A stretch of 64,000 nt of DNA, taken from positions 1,095,457 to 1,159,456 of the forward strand of contig OZ252246.1 of the NCBI GenBank assembly GCA_965249625.1, in the 5' to 3' direction. Below the pieces are notes generated by a model. It was not told the DNA's origin. It searched no databases and saw nothing but the letters and a program-made list of their open reading frames with translations. Origin of the DNA: Nitrospinales bacterium (GTDB taxonomy: Bacteria > Nitrospinota > Nitrospinia > Nitrospinales > VA-1). The position numbers and the translations under genes were made by a program. Below are positions 20,601 to 29,199 of the stretch, piece after piece; within the stretch, counting starts at the first letter, position 1, and every line of letters begins with the position of its first letter.

Positions 20601-21139
20601 CGGATGCAACTTCAGCCTCCATCGCAGAAGCGGGAAACGGAAAAACTGTAAGCTTGGCAGGAATCCCGATCAAACATCTTCCCAAAACTACCCGCAAGGG
20701 TGACAAGATGGGGATCATCACCCTTGAGGATTTGCAGGGATCGATAGAGGTCATCCTCTGGCCTGAAATATACAGTCAGGCTCAGTCGCTTTTAATGGAT
20801 GAAGTGCCGCTTTTGGTGAAAGGTAAGGTGGACGCCGAAGGTAACCTGCCAAAAGTCATCGCCAGTGAGGTCTTTCCGCTTGCCCAAGCGAATCAGCATT
20901 TTCAGGGTAAGATCATGATCCATTTCAGGACATTGGGTTTAGAGCGCGAGACCCTGATAGCGGTGAAGGATATTCTTGCTTCCCACAAAGGCAACAACGA
21001 TACCTGCTTGCATTTTATCTTTCCGGATGAGAATGAACGTGTGGTCAGAGTGGCGGATAAGTTTCGTATTCAACCTTCCGATGATGTGATTGATAAGATT
21101 GAAGCCCTTCTAGGAGAAGATGCAATTTTGTTTGAATAG
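17678..21139 (+). CDS. dnaE: DNA polymerase III alpha subunit
   Basis: PHP HLHLHTSYS, GRGSAAGS, MPDIDIDF, GFNKSHS. Confidence 0.98.
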   Translation: MNPANFVHLHLHTSYSLLDSSIRHSALFEKAAEFGMPAVAMTDHGNMFGAVEFYNAARKHGIKPIIGCEVYVAPESRLEKTSKDNLRDASYHLILLSENETGYKNLLKLVTKGYLEGFYYKPRIDKELLAEYSEGLIALSSCVRGEVAHNVNRENVPRAIKVASQYAEIMGGGNFFLELQNHQLENQDRINKEIIGIGKKLDLPVVATNNCHYIGREDFRAHEILLCLQTGKTITDPYRMQYPKDEFYFKSPQEMIALFKETPEAIENTLKIAERCELELEFDKLNLPDYPVPESYSLETYLEERSREGLTKRFEELEKRKIEFDREVYEKRLDRELGIIKKMGYPGYFLIVWDFIHYAKENGIPVGPGRGSAAGSVVAYALQITDIDPMQYDLLFERFLNPERVSMPDIDIDFCMDGRDDVIKYVTEKYGGNQNVTQIITFGSMNAKGVIRDVGRVLDMTYGEVDKLAKLVPNKLNVTLKDAFKEEPQFEKLRKENPKVAELLDIAKNLEGLARHCSTHAAGVVISSKDLTEFCPLYKGSNDEVVTQYAMGSVEKLGLLKMDFLGLRTLTVVSNALKMIKQSKNIDLDIGAIPLNDSATYQLLCDARTLGIFQLESSGMRDLLKKLKPDCFEDIIALLAMYRPGPLESGMVDDYVKRKHGTMEEKYDLPQLESILKETHGVILYQEQVMKIASVLAGFSLGDADLLRRAMGKKKPEEMAAQREKFLKGSRDKSINEKKSEKIFTLMEKFAGYGFNKSHSAAYAQISYQTAYLKTHYPLEFFGALITSDMDNTDKVLRYIHDCREMKITVQPPDVNLSQRDFSVCENILVFGLGAIKNVGSKALDNIIEARQELGRFTSLEQLCENVDMQLANKRVFESLIKSGACDSLGQSRAQMMNELQAHMEQGQAKQRDRELGQSSMFDSFAADAEEDKPSVRNVEEWSDADRLRLEKESIGFYITGHPLDGFTRELSWFTDATSASIAEAGNGKTVSLAGIPIKHLPKTTRKGDKMGIITLEDLQGSIEVILWPEIYSQAQSLLMDEVPLLVKGKVDAEGNLPKVIASEVFPLAQANQHFQGKIMIHFRTLGLERETLIAVKDILASHKGNNDTCLHFIFPDENERVVRVADKFRIQPSDDVIDKIEALLGEDAILFE

Positions 21140-21252
21140 CGGGGATGAGCCACGAAAAGAGCCCGAAACACATCGTGAGTTGGTCCCGGGTTTGTGCGAT
21201 AATGCCATCTCATTTCAAACCCTGAAATTTTTGCGAAATTAGCTGAAAAAAT

Positions 21253-22563
21253 ATGGAAGTCAAAGAATTCGCCTTACGATATTTTAAGGATGTGCTGGCC
21301 AACGGCTTGACGGTGGTGACAGTGGAGATGCCGCATATTCACACCATGGAAGTGTCGATGTTTGTCCGGGCCGGTTTACGATTTGAAAATGAAAAGAATA
21401 ATGGAATCTCCCATTTTCTGGAACATATGATGTTCCGGGGAAACCGGAAATACCCCAACTCGATCTCCCTGAATATGGAATTTGAAAATATTGGTCGGGA
21501 CCTTCGTGCCTCCACCCTTGGGGAATACACGCAATACGGGTTCAGTCCGCATACCTCGCAGTTAGATAAGGGAATGGAAATCTTCTCGGAGTTTTTTTAT
21601 TCCCCTACGTTTCCTGAAATTGAACTGGAACGCGGAATCATTCTTGAGGAATACTATGAAGATCTTAACGAAGAGGGCGTGAATGTAGACATTAACAACC
21701 ATGCTTGCAAACTGCTTTATCCTGAAACACCAATATCCTGGCCCACCATTGGAACGGAAGAGACCATTAAAGCGATTACGGTGGAAATGTTGAAGGACTA
21801 TTACAACGCCCATTATGTTCCTGGAAACATGGTTCTGGCAGTTTCGGGACCGCTTGAGCACGATCTTAATCTTTTGCTGGCAGAAAAATATTTTTCCAAT
21901 TTTTCTAACGGGGTGGCTCCGATTACAAAAAATCATTTTATCGGAAGTATCCCCGACGAGCAGGCCCGGCCCCAGTTTCTTTTTCAGCAGGATTCTGACA
22001 GCCAGGTCGAACTGCAAATATGTTTTCGTTCCTGTTCTTATAATCATGAAGATTTTCTGACAATGGGGTTGGTCAGCCGAATCTTTGACGATGGCTTTAC
22101 CTCTCGATTGCAGAGAGTGCTCAGAGAAGAACGAGGCCTGGTTTATTCAGTCGAATGCCGTGCAACGAGTATGTCGGACATTGGCACGATGGACTTTGAT
22201 GTAACGGTGCGGCCGGAGAAACTCATTGAAGTGACCCTGGTCCTGCTTGAGGAAATTAAAACTTTTGCCAGCCAGGGGCCCACTGATTATGAAGTGGCGC
22301 ATGTGAAAAGACGTTATATGTTTGACCTGGATTCGGAATTGGATGATCCTTACAAGCAGGTGGTGCGCTATGCTTTCCCACACCTTTACTCCGAAGAACT
22401 CTCCGTGGAAGAAGAACGAAACCAGATTCAGATGATCTCGAAAGAAAAAATCATTGATGTTGCCAGAAAGACTTTTGTTCCGGAAGTGCTGAACCTGATT
22501 CTGGTCGGTCCTTATACCCCCGAATTAAAAGAAGACCTCGAAAAACTGATCCGTAGTTATTGA
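21253..22563 (+). CDS. M16 family zinc peptidase
   Basis: HFLEH inverted zinc motif, LREERGLVY. Confidence 0.92.
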   Translation: MEVKEFALRYFKDVLANGLTVVTVEMPHIHTMEVSMFVRAGLRFENEKNNGISHFLEHMMFRGNRKYPNSISLNMEFENIGRDLRASTLGEYTQYGFSPHTSQLDKGMEIFSEFFYSPTFPEIELERGIILEEYYEDLNEEGVNVDINNHACKLLYPETPISWPTIGTEETIKAITVEMLKDYYNAHYVPGNMVLAVSGPLEHDLNLLLAEKYFSNFSNGVAPITKNHFIGSIPDEQARPQFLFQQDSDSQVELQICFRSCSYNHEDFLTMGLVSRIFDDGFTSRLQRVLREERGLVYSVECRATSMSDIGTMDFDVTVRPEKLIEVTLVLLEEIKTFASQGPTDYEVAHVKRRYMFDLDSELDDPYKQVVRYAFPHLYSEELSVEEERNQIQMISKEKIIDVARKTFVPEVLNLILVGPYTPELKEDLEKLIRSY

Positions 22564-22567
22564 CCCC

Positions 22568-23344
22568 ATGATCCAAAAAAGAATGAAGCCATTCGGCTTG
22601 TGGACTGTGCTATTGGCGTTATTGTTCTTGGCCTGCAGTTCAAATGTTGAGGATTGTTTGCAGGATGGAAGTTGTGGTCCCGCCATACAGGTAGCCAGCC
22701 ATGACGGGAGCTTGCCGGTGGATCCTTATGATTCTTTTTGGGATGCAGGGCCTGTTGCGGTCGAGGTGGAACTTGGGCCGCAAATGATCACCAATCCGAA
22801 ATGGCCAAATCCTTCGACGAAGGAGGTTACCGTGCGTGTTGTTAAAAATTCCAGTGGCATAGCTATCATGCTGGAGTGGAGTGATCCAACTCGTGACAGC
22901 AACTTTGGCCACTCGGCGTTATATGTTGATCGGGCGGCGGTGATGTTTCCGGTCGTTGCCGAGAAGGAGGCCCCACTGATCACTATGGGCGAATCGGAAA
23001 AGCCTGTCAATATCTGGCAATGGAAGGCAGTGGGTGGAGAGAGAGGGCAACCTGGAGTGAGGGACAATCCTAATTCCGGGCTCACTTACCAGACCATTGA
23101 GGATTTAAACGCGGAAGGATACAGCACCCTGACCGATCAGAACCAGCAGGATGTAAAAGGCTTCGCGGTGTGGAAAAGTAATAAATGGCGTCTTGTTTTC
23201 CATCGGTCGTTAACCAATGACAACGCCAATGACGTTCAGTTTAAGCAGTCGGTCTTAATGGCCATCGCGGTTTGGAACGGTTCTAACAAAGAATTGAATG
23301 GGCAAAAGGGAATCGCCGGCTGGCTTCTCTTAAAACTCGAATAG
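22568..23344 (+). CDS. Ethylbenzene-dehydrogenase-gamma-like heme b-binding lipoprotein
   Basis: FLAC lipobox; LEWSD, DRAAVMFP, MG, VNIWQWKA, AVWNGS...GQK. Confidence 0.8.
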   Translation: MIQKRMKPFGLWTVLLALLFLACSSNVEDCLQDGSCGPAIQVASHDGSLPVDPYDSFWDAGPVAVEVELGPQMITNPKWPNPSTKEVTVRVVKNSSGIAIMLEWSDPTRDSNFGHSALYVDRAAVMFPVVAEKEAPLITMGESEKPVNIWQWKAVGGERGQPGVRDNPNSGLTYQTIEDLNAEGYSTLTDQNQQDVKGFAVWKSNKWRLVFHRSLTNDNANDVQFKQSVLMAIAVWNGSNKELNGQKGIAGWLLLKLE

Positions 23345-23376
23345 TTTTCCCCTCTTATGATGGCCTTTTGCATAAC

Positions 23377-23417
23377 TTGTCATTGCGAGGAACCGAAGGT
23401 GACGAAGCAATCCAGGT
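23377..23417 (+). repeat. REP-like palindromic repeat, copy 1
   Basis: TTGTCATTGCGAGGAACCGAAGGTGACGAAGCAATCCAGGT. Confidence 0.85.
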
Positions 23418-23457
23418 GTTAAGTTTGCCCTTGCAACGGGTATAACCCGCAACCGAG

Positions 23458-23751
23458 ATGAAAAGAAAACGACCTGCAGTTTATATTATGACCAATAAAC
23501 CCAACGGAATCCTCTATACTGGCGTGACGAGCGATCTGGTAAAACGCGTTTATGACCATAAAAATAGGGCTGTTCCGGACTTTACTAAAACCTATGGCTG
23601 TAAGCGACTGGTCTACTTTGAACTCTGTGATAGCATGGGTAATGCTATTTCCCGAGAGAAACAGATAAAGTCCGGTTCCAGAGATAGGAAAATAGCGTTA
23701 ATTGAAAACATGAATCCGAAGTGGCAGGATCTTTATAGCGAAATTCTATGA
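23458..23751 (+). CDS. Small stand-alone GIY-YIG nuclease
   Basis: AVYIM...LYTGVTSDLVKRVYDH...AISREKQIK...NPKWQDL. Confidence 0.92.
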   Translation: MKRKRPAVYIMTNKPNGILYTGVTSDLVKRVYDHKNRAVPDFTKTYGCKRLVYFELCDSMGNAISREKQIKSGSRDRKIALIENMNPKWQDLYSEIL

Positions 23752-23950
23752 TTGTCGTTGCGAGGAGCCAATGGCGACGAAGCAATCCAGGTTGTGAGGT
23801 TTTGTATAGAGAATCCTCCGATGACGAAGTCGTGATAACCTCATTAGCCTTTGTGCCCTGTAAGAGCAAACCCATAGAACCTGGATCGCCACGCTCGCGA
23901 TGACGTAGCGCAGGTTTATCTTTAGTCTAGATGTCATTGCGAGAAACCGA
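23752..23950. repeat. REP-like cluster: direct copy 23752-23792, inverted copy 23879-23904, truncated copy 23932-23950
   Basis: TTGTCGTTGCGAGGAGCCAATGGCGACGAAGCAATCCAGGT; ACCTGGATCGCCACGCTCGCGATGAC; TGTCATTGCGAGAAACCGA. Confidence 0.85.
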
Positions 23951-24198
23951 TGTATTTATTAATCTTGCGAAGGAAAGTGTCACTGGTTCAAAAAACATAT
24001 TTCTTGCTGTTCATTCAAGGCATGTTTCTCCGCGCATGGGTAGCCCTTTGCTTTCTCAACGCTATGGGATATTGATCGATAGTAAGCATTTGGCTGGATA
24101 GTTAAAGAAGCAAGGATATTCTATCAGATGGAGTTGGAGCAGATAAATACAGCTGATATTGAATTATTTAATGCCGAAAGGGTAGTGCCTACTAAAGT

Positions 24199-24687
24199 TT
24201 GGAGGGTCTAATGACTAAAATATTTTGCTTGTTAATGTCGGTAATTGTTTGGGCTGGGTGTGGTGGTGCCACACTATATCAAAAAGACAGTGGCCGAAAC
24301 CTCCTCTCCGATATTCTGGAACTTCAATTTCCCCTCGAGGGAGGTTTTAGCGAAACACAATTATCTGAAAATGTCTGGATTGTTAATTTCAGGGGCAATA
24401 GGTATACAAGAAAGGAGAGAACTGTTGATTTATCCTTATTAAGAAGTGCTGAATTAACTTTGGAGAATGGGTTTAACTATTTTGTGATCGCAGACTCAGG
24501 TACCGATATCCGTACTGAAACGTATGCTACGCATTCAATCATGAATGATATCTCCATACACACCAGTAGAAAACCGACTTCAAGCAATATCGTAATAATG
24601 TTTAAGGAAAAACCTGAAAATACTCCCAATGCTTTTGATGCTAAATTTATTATTAAATCTATTAAGGGGAAGTACGATATCAAATAA
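24199..24687 (+). CDS. Putative lipoprotein (CC0125/CC1285-like); likely start 24210
   Basis: WAGC lipobox; FRGNRYT...LLRSAELTLENGFNYF; AT-rich. Confidence 0.7.
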   Translation: MEGLMTKIFCLLMSVIVWAGCGGATLYQKDSGRNLLSDILELQFPLEGGFSETQLSENVWIVNFRGNRYTRKERTVDLSLLRSAELTLENGFNYFVIADSGTDIRTETYATHSIMNDISIHTSRKPTSSNIVIMFKEKPENTPNAFDAKFIIKSIKGKYDIK

Positions 24688-24748
24688 ATAAAGGGGTCTA
24701 CCCCTCCGGGGCACGAATTTTTCGGAGGGGGATATCACGAAGTCTTTT

Positions 24749-25936
24749 GGGCCTGTTGCCCAAACCTTTTGATGGGAGCGTGGGTTTATAAGGATTATAA
24801 TTTATCCAGCTGGTTTTTGTTGTTCTACAGTTTTAATCTTTTTTTCCGGGAGTCCTTCCCATGATGAAACGCGAAACCCCGTGGCAGAGCGTATTCTTTA
24901 ACTATGCCGTGAATCTTGAAGATCGGATACCTCGAGATCACGAGTTGCGGCAAGTTTCTTCCGTTTTGAACCTGGATTTTATGTATGAACAAGTAAAGGA
25001 TAAGTACGGCCACAATGGAAACGAATCGGTTCCGCCTCCGGTGATTCTAAAACTGATGTTGCTGCTCATCTTTTACAACGTTCGTTCCGAACGTGAGTTG
25101 ATGCGTACGCTTCCGTACCGGATGGATTGGCTCTGGTTTCTGGGTTATGGTCTGGACACTGTGATTCCTAATCACAGCGTATTATCGAAGGCGCGTTTCA
25201 GATGAGGTGAATCAGTTTTTAAAGAGTTGTTCGAGCGAATCGTGCACCAATGTGTAGAGTTGGGTTTGGTGGATGGGAAGAAATTGTTCATGGACTCAAG
25301 CCTTGTCGATGCGAACGCTTCCCGGGAATCGGTGGTCGACATGCATTCACTCAGCGCATTTACATTCGACCCTGAAAGCGATACCTATATCTGCCCGGCG
25401 GGCAAACGCTTGCGGCTGAAGACCCGCCGGTTAAAAGAGCAGCGTATGTATTACGCCGCCAGAGCAGACGACTGTAATGCCTGCGAACTAAAATCCCAAT
25501 GCACACGTAGTGCAACCGGACGCACGATCCAACGGTATGATCGTCAGGACGACCTCGAAGAAATGCGCGCAATGGCAAAGACCCCAAAAGGAAAACAAGA
25601 CCTGAAAACGAGACAGCATCTTATGGAACGGTCATTCGCATATTCAGTGCCCTTGGGATTCAAAAGGGCGCGGTGGCGAAGATTATGGCGGGTCCAGATT
25701 CAAGAATACCTGACTGCATCCATTCAAAACATCAAACGAATGATCCAACACCTGAAAAAATCGATTCGCAGTAATGCATTGAAGGTCGTACAACGATTCA
25801 AAAACTGCTTGCAGGCTTCAACTTGGGGAGGAATGAATCTGAGTTTTGGGATTTCAATTTAGAAAAGAAAATTCGTAAGAAATACACAAAATCAATATCA
25901 GCAACCCTTCACGGCAACCCTTTGGGCAACAGGCCC
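24749..25936 (+). mobile_element. Defective IS1182-family insertion sequence (1188 bp)
   Basis: Perfect 16-bp IRs GGGCCTGTTGCCCAAA / TTTGGGCAACAGGCCC, TTTT on both flanks. Confidence 0.9.
24861..25862 (+). pseudogene. IS1182-family transposase pseudogene
   Basis: RSERELM, PNHSVLS, DSSLVDANAS, YICPAG, ERSFA; in-frame TGA at 25203-25205 and apparent internal deletion. Confidence 0.88.
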
Positions 25937-27201
25937 TTTTCTTGGCTACAGGCTCATGAAGTAAATGAAGAAATATCACACAGGGGCTGGAGTGATTTTA
26001 AAATCTCTCATGCAATATGCGGGTTAGTGGTTAGCGACTTCTGCGCCGGATTGTTTTTTCAGGTTGGCGTGAAATTTTTCCCAGGGAGCCTGCAAGGCGG
26101 GAACAAGCTTTTCCTTCAATTCATCCGGGACGTAGTTGATTTTATCCACCGGCCAGTCTTCCACATTCTGCACATCCAGGTTTTCTTTTCCGTAAGGGAT
26201 TTGCAGGGCCTCTTCGAATCCATAAACCAAAGCACTTGAATAAACCTTGTAATATTGCTCTTCAATTTCTTCTTCTGAATGCATTCCCTTAACAAACTGT
26301 TCAAACAGCTCCTTGATGATGGGTTCGGCGTGTTCAACGAAATCAGGGGTCAAGGCAGTGTATAGGGTGAAGTAGGTGATGAGCACATCCTGCAGCAGAA
26401 ACTTTAGCTCCGAACTTTCTTTTTTGGGAGGGCGGGTATTGATATTCAAAAGTTCCTTGAGGACTTTAATATTGCGGATCATGTCATAAATGATCGACTC
26501 TTCCCAAGTCGCTTCATTCCACACGAAAAAGGCCCGCACGAAATTGGCTTTTTTCCTGGTGTCCCACATTTGCAGGGCAGTGGTGGGTCGCTCCTTGTTG
26601 GAGTAGGGGATGGCCTCTCCCCAACGCGGGGCCACCAGGTTCAATCCATAGCGTTTAAAAGTAGTGCAAAATGTTTGCTGATAGATTTCCATCAAGCATT
26701 CAAAGTTTTCCACGCTGTTCAGAGGGCTGTTCTGCGGTAGGTTGACGATGGAATACAGGCGCACAACATTTGTTCTGGCTTGCCCGTCGTCCCGCGCGAC
26801 CATATAGGAACCGCCCCACATGCCAGCTGTAATGGAAACACTGATCTTATGCTGTTGCTTCAATTGTTGGGAAACAGAATCTCCAATGACCTTTAAAAGA
26901 TTATGAAAATAATAAAGGTTTATTCGATTGTCTTTGGGATAAAGGTGCCCCGGAAGGATTTTATATTGCATAACCTATAAATGATCAGGATTGAATCAAA
27001 AGAAAAAGCCAAACCTCTCCCTCCCTGTGAAGGGGAGACCTTTGCATAACCCCGGATTACCCGTTCCGGGCACGAAAACTAAGGGAAAATATCACGTCTT
27101 CGTCACCTTGTTCCTCAGAATGACAAAATAGCCCAGTATTGTCATTCTGAACGCAGTGAAGACGTGATGTTTCACCTAAGCTCTCGTGCCCCGCAGGGGT
27201 A
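25718..27201. repeat. Right arm of the 1484-bp inverted duplication
   Basis: Reverse complement of 13590-15073. Confidence 0.97.
26024..26971 (-). CDS. Hypothetical protein (315 aa), copy 2
   Basis: Translation identical to 13820-14767. Confidence 0.8.
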   Translation of the reverse strand: MQYKILPGHLYPKDNRINLYYFHNLLKVIGDSVSQQLKQQHKISVSITAGMWGGSYMVARDDGQARTNVVRLYSIVNLPQNSPLNSVENFECLMEIYQQTFCTTFKRYGLNLVAPRWGEAIPYSNKERPTTALQMWDTRKKANFVRAFFVWNEATWEESIIYDMIRNIKVLKELLNINTRPPKKESSELKFLLQDVLITYFTLYTALTPDFVEHAEPIIKELFEQFVKGMHSEEEIEEQYYKVYSSALVYGFEEALQIPYGKENLDVQNVEDWPVDKINYVPDELKEKLVPALQAPWEKFHANLKKQSGAEVANH

Positions 27202-27207
27202 ATCTCG
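27035..27207. mobile_element. Second, one-end-truncated copy of the MITE-like element
   Basis: GAGACCTTTGCATAAC...CCCCGCAGGGGTAATCTCG. Confidence 0.7.
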
Positions 27208-27270
27208 CTTTCCTGTTTTTTTTTCGACTTACGCAAAGCTCTCTGTGAAGGGAGGCGGGATTGGGTAGCA

Positions 27271-27423
27271 AGCAAGGGCTCATCAAGCTGCCCATACCTG
27301 TTGCCAGCCAGAGAAAGCCATTGCACGCCGGTTCCACGCCGAGTGGTCACTAACCGTGATGGCAATAAGCATTAATTCATTAAGCCGTCCATGCCGATTG
27401 CTGGCCAAATAAAGATATTGCAA
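27271..27423. repeat. Family A element (27271-27348) plus partial tandem copy
   Basis: AGCAAGGGCTCATCAAGC...GGTTCCACGCCGAGTGG, then TTCATTAAGCCG...ATAAAGATATTGCA. Confidence 0.7.
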
Positions 27424-27444
27424 CTTATCAGCGGAGGTTCTCTG

Positions 27445-29127
27445 CTAGTCGGTGACTGCACCTTTGCTGGCAGAGCCGACAAGTTTTGCGTATTTAGCCA
27501 ATACACCGGATTGATATTTTATTTTTGGTGCGAAGAACCCTTTTCTTCTTTGCTCAAGTTCTTCGTCGGACAATTTTACGTTTAGCTGGTTGCGTTCGAT
27601 ATCGATGATAATGATATCGTTATCTTTGATGAGGGCCAGCGTTCCGCCCAGTTGAGCCTCGGGTGCGATATGTCCAACCACGATTCCATAGGTTCCTCCG
27701 GAAAACCGGCCATCGGTAATGAGTGCGACTTTATCACCCAGGCCTTTACCTACAATAGCAGAGGTGGGTGCCAGCATTTCTCGCATTCCCGGTCCGCCTT
27801 TCGGGCCTTCAAAACGAATGACCACAATATCGCCTTCCTGAATGCTGTCGTCGAGAATGGCATCCAGGCATTCCTCTTCTGAATTGAAGACACGCGCCGG
27901 GCCGGTGAAGTTCTGGGTTTTAATACCCAAAATTTTTGCGACCGACCCTTCCTGGCAGAGGTTGCCCCTGAGAATGACTAAATGGCCTTCTGTCGATTTT
28001 GGCCGATCCAGAGGCAGAATGACATCCTGATCTTTTCTGGGTTGGTCGGGGACATCCTTCAGGTTTTCGGCGATGGTTTTTCCGGTTGCGGTCAGGCAGT
28101 CGCCATGCAGGAGCCCGGCGTTCAACATCATCTTCATCACTTGCGGAATGCCACCGGCATGGTGTAGGTCGATGGCAACATATTTTCCTGACGGTTTCAT
28201 ATCGCAAAAGACGGGAACCTTTTTCCGAATTACCTCAAAATCATCTATGGACAACTGAACTCCAGCGGAGTGAGCGATGGCCAGGAGATGTAAAACTGCA
28301 TTGGTGGAGCCGCCGACAGCCATAACGATCACGATGGCATTTTCGAAGGCCTCCCGTGTCATGATGTCCCGAGGAAGGATATTTTTCCCGATCATATTTA
28401 AAAGAGCTTTCGCACTTTGCCCGGTGCTGATTTCCTTATCCTTGTCTTCATTGGCCATGGTGGAGCTGTAGGGCAGGCTCATACCCAACGCTTCAAAGGC
28501 GGAAGACATCGTGTTAGCGGTAAACATCCCCCCGCAAGAGCCAAAACCCGGGCAGGCATTTTTTTCGATATCAGTGAGTTCATTCTGGTCAATGGTACCG
28601 GCACCAAATTGTCCAACCGCTTCAAATACACTGACAACGGTCAGATCGCTGCCATCCAGATGGCCGGGCTTGATAGTGCCGCCATAAACAAAGAGTCCGG
28701 GAATGTTCAATCGTGCCATGGCAATCATAGCTCCCGGCATATTTTTATCGCAACCGCCTATGCAAAGGACTGCGTCCATGCTGGCACCCCGGCAAACGGT
28801 CTCTATGGAGTCGGCAATCACCTCGCGGCTGACCAGAGAGCATTTCATTCCTTCTGTTCCCATGGAGATACCATCACTGACCGTGATGGTTCCGAACATC
28901 TGTGGCATGCCGCCACTTTTTCGGATTTGGGCCGAAGCGATGTCGGCCAGTTTCCCGAGCCCTGCGTTACAAGGAGTGATTTCGCTCTGCCCATTGGCGA
29001 TTCCAATGATGGGTTTGTCGAAATCTTCATCCGTGAACCCTAACGCTCTCAGCATGGCGCGGCTGGGGGCTCGCCGGTCCCCCTGTGTGATAGATCGGCT
29101 TTTTGTGTTCAGAGGTTGGGGTGTCAT
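27445..29127 (-). CDS. ilvD: Dihydroxy-acid dehydratase
   Basis: [34 protein letters not shown]. Confidence 0.97.
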   Translation of the reverse strand: MTPQPLNTKSRSITQGDRRAPSRAMLRALGFTDEDFDKPIIGIANGQSEITPCNAGLGKLADIASAQIRKSGGMPQMFGTITVSDGISMGTEGMKCSLVSREVIADSIETVCRGASMDAVLCIGGCDKNMPGAMIAMARLNIPGLFVYGGTIKPGHLDGSDLTVVSVFEAVGQFGAGTIDQNELTDIEKNACPGFGSCGGMFTANTMSSAFEALGMSLPYSSTMANEDKDKEISTGQSAKALLNMIGKNILPRDIMTREAFENAIVIVMAVGGSTNAVLHLLAIAHSAGVQLSIDDFEVIRKKVPVFCDMKPSGKYVAIDLHHAGGIPQVMKMMLNAGLLHGDCLTATGKTIAENLKDVPDQPRKDQDVILPLDRPKSTEGHLVILRGNLCQEGSVAKILGIKTQNFTGPARVFNSEEECLDAILDDSIQEGDIVVIRFEGPKGGPGMREMLAPTSAIVGKGLGDKVALITDGRFSGGTYGIVVGHIAPEAQLGGTLALIKDNDIIIIDIERNQLNVKLSDEELEQRRKGFFAPKIKYQSGVLAKYAKLVGSASKGAVTD

Positions 29128-29199
29128 CTTTATTTCCTGATGGTGTCTTTTATTAAGAGAGCTTACTGCCCTGTTTTATTCAACGTTTACAGAGCGGGA

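Noticed and set aside
17678-21139. Intein in dnaE
   Set aside because: Normal length and continuous motifs
23377-23950. 41-bp repeats as a CRISPR mini-array
   Set aside because: Irregular spacing, mixed orientation, and a whole gene between copies
14855-25936. Composite transposon carrying dnaE
   Set aside because: The outer IS ends do face outward, but the duplication extends 1.26 kb beyond them and the left copy is only a fragment; better explained by the duplication
25823-26239. 138-aa ORF and its copy at 14552-14968
   Set aside because: Spans the IS end and is antisense to the 315-aa gene; a shadow ORF, like most short antisense ORFs in the track
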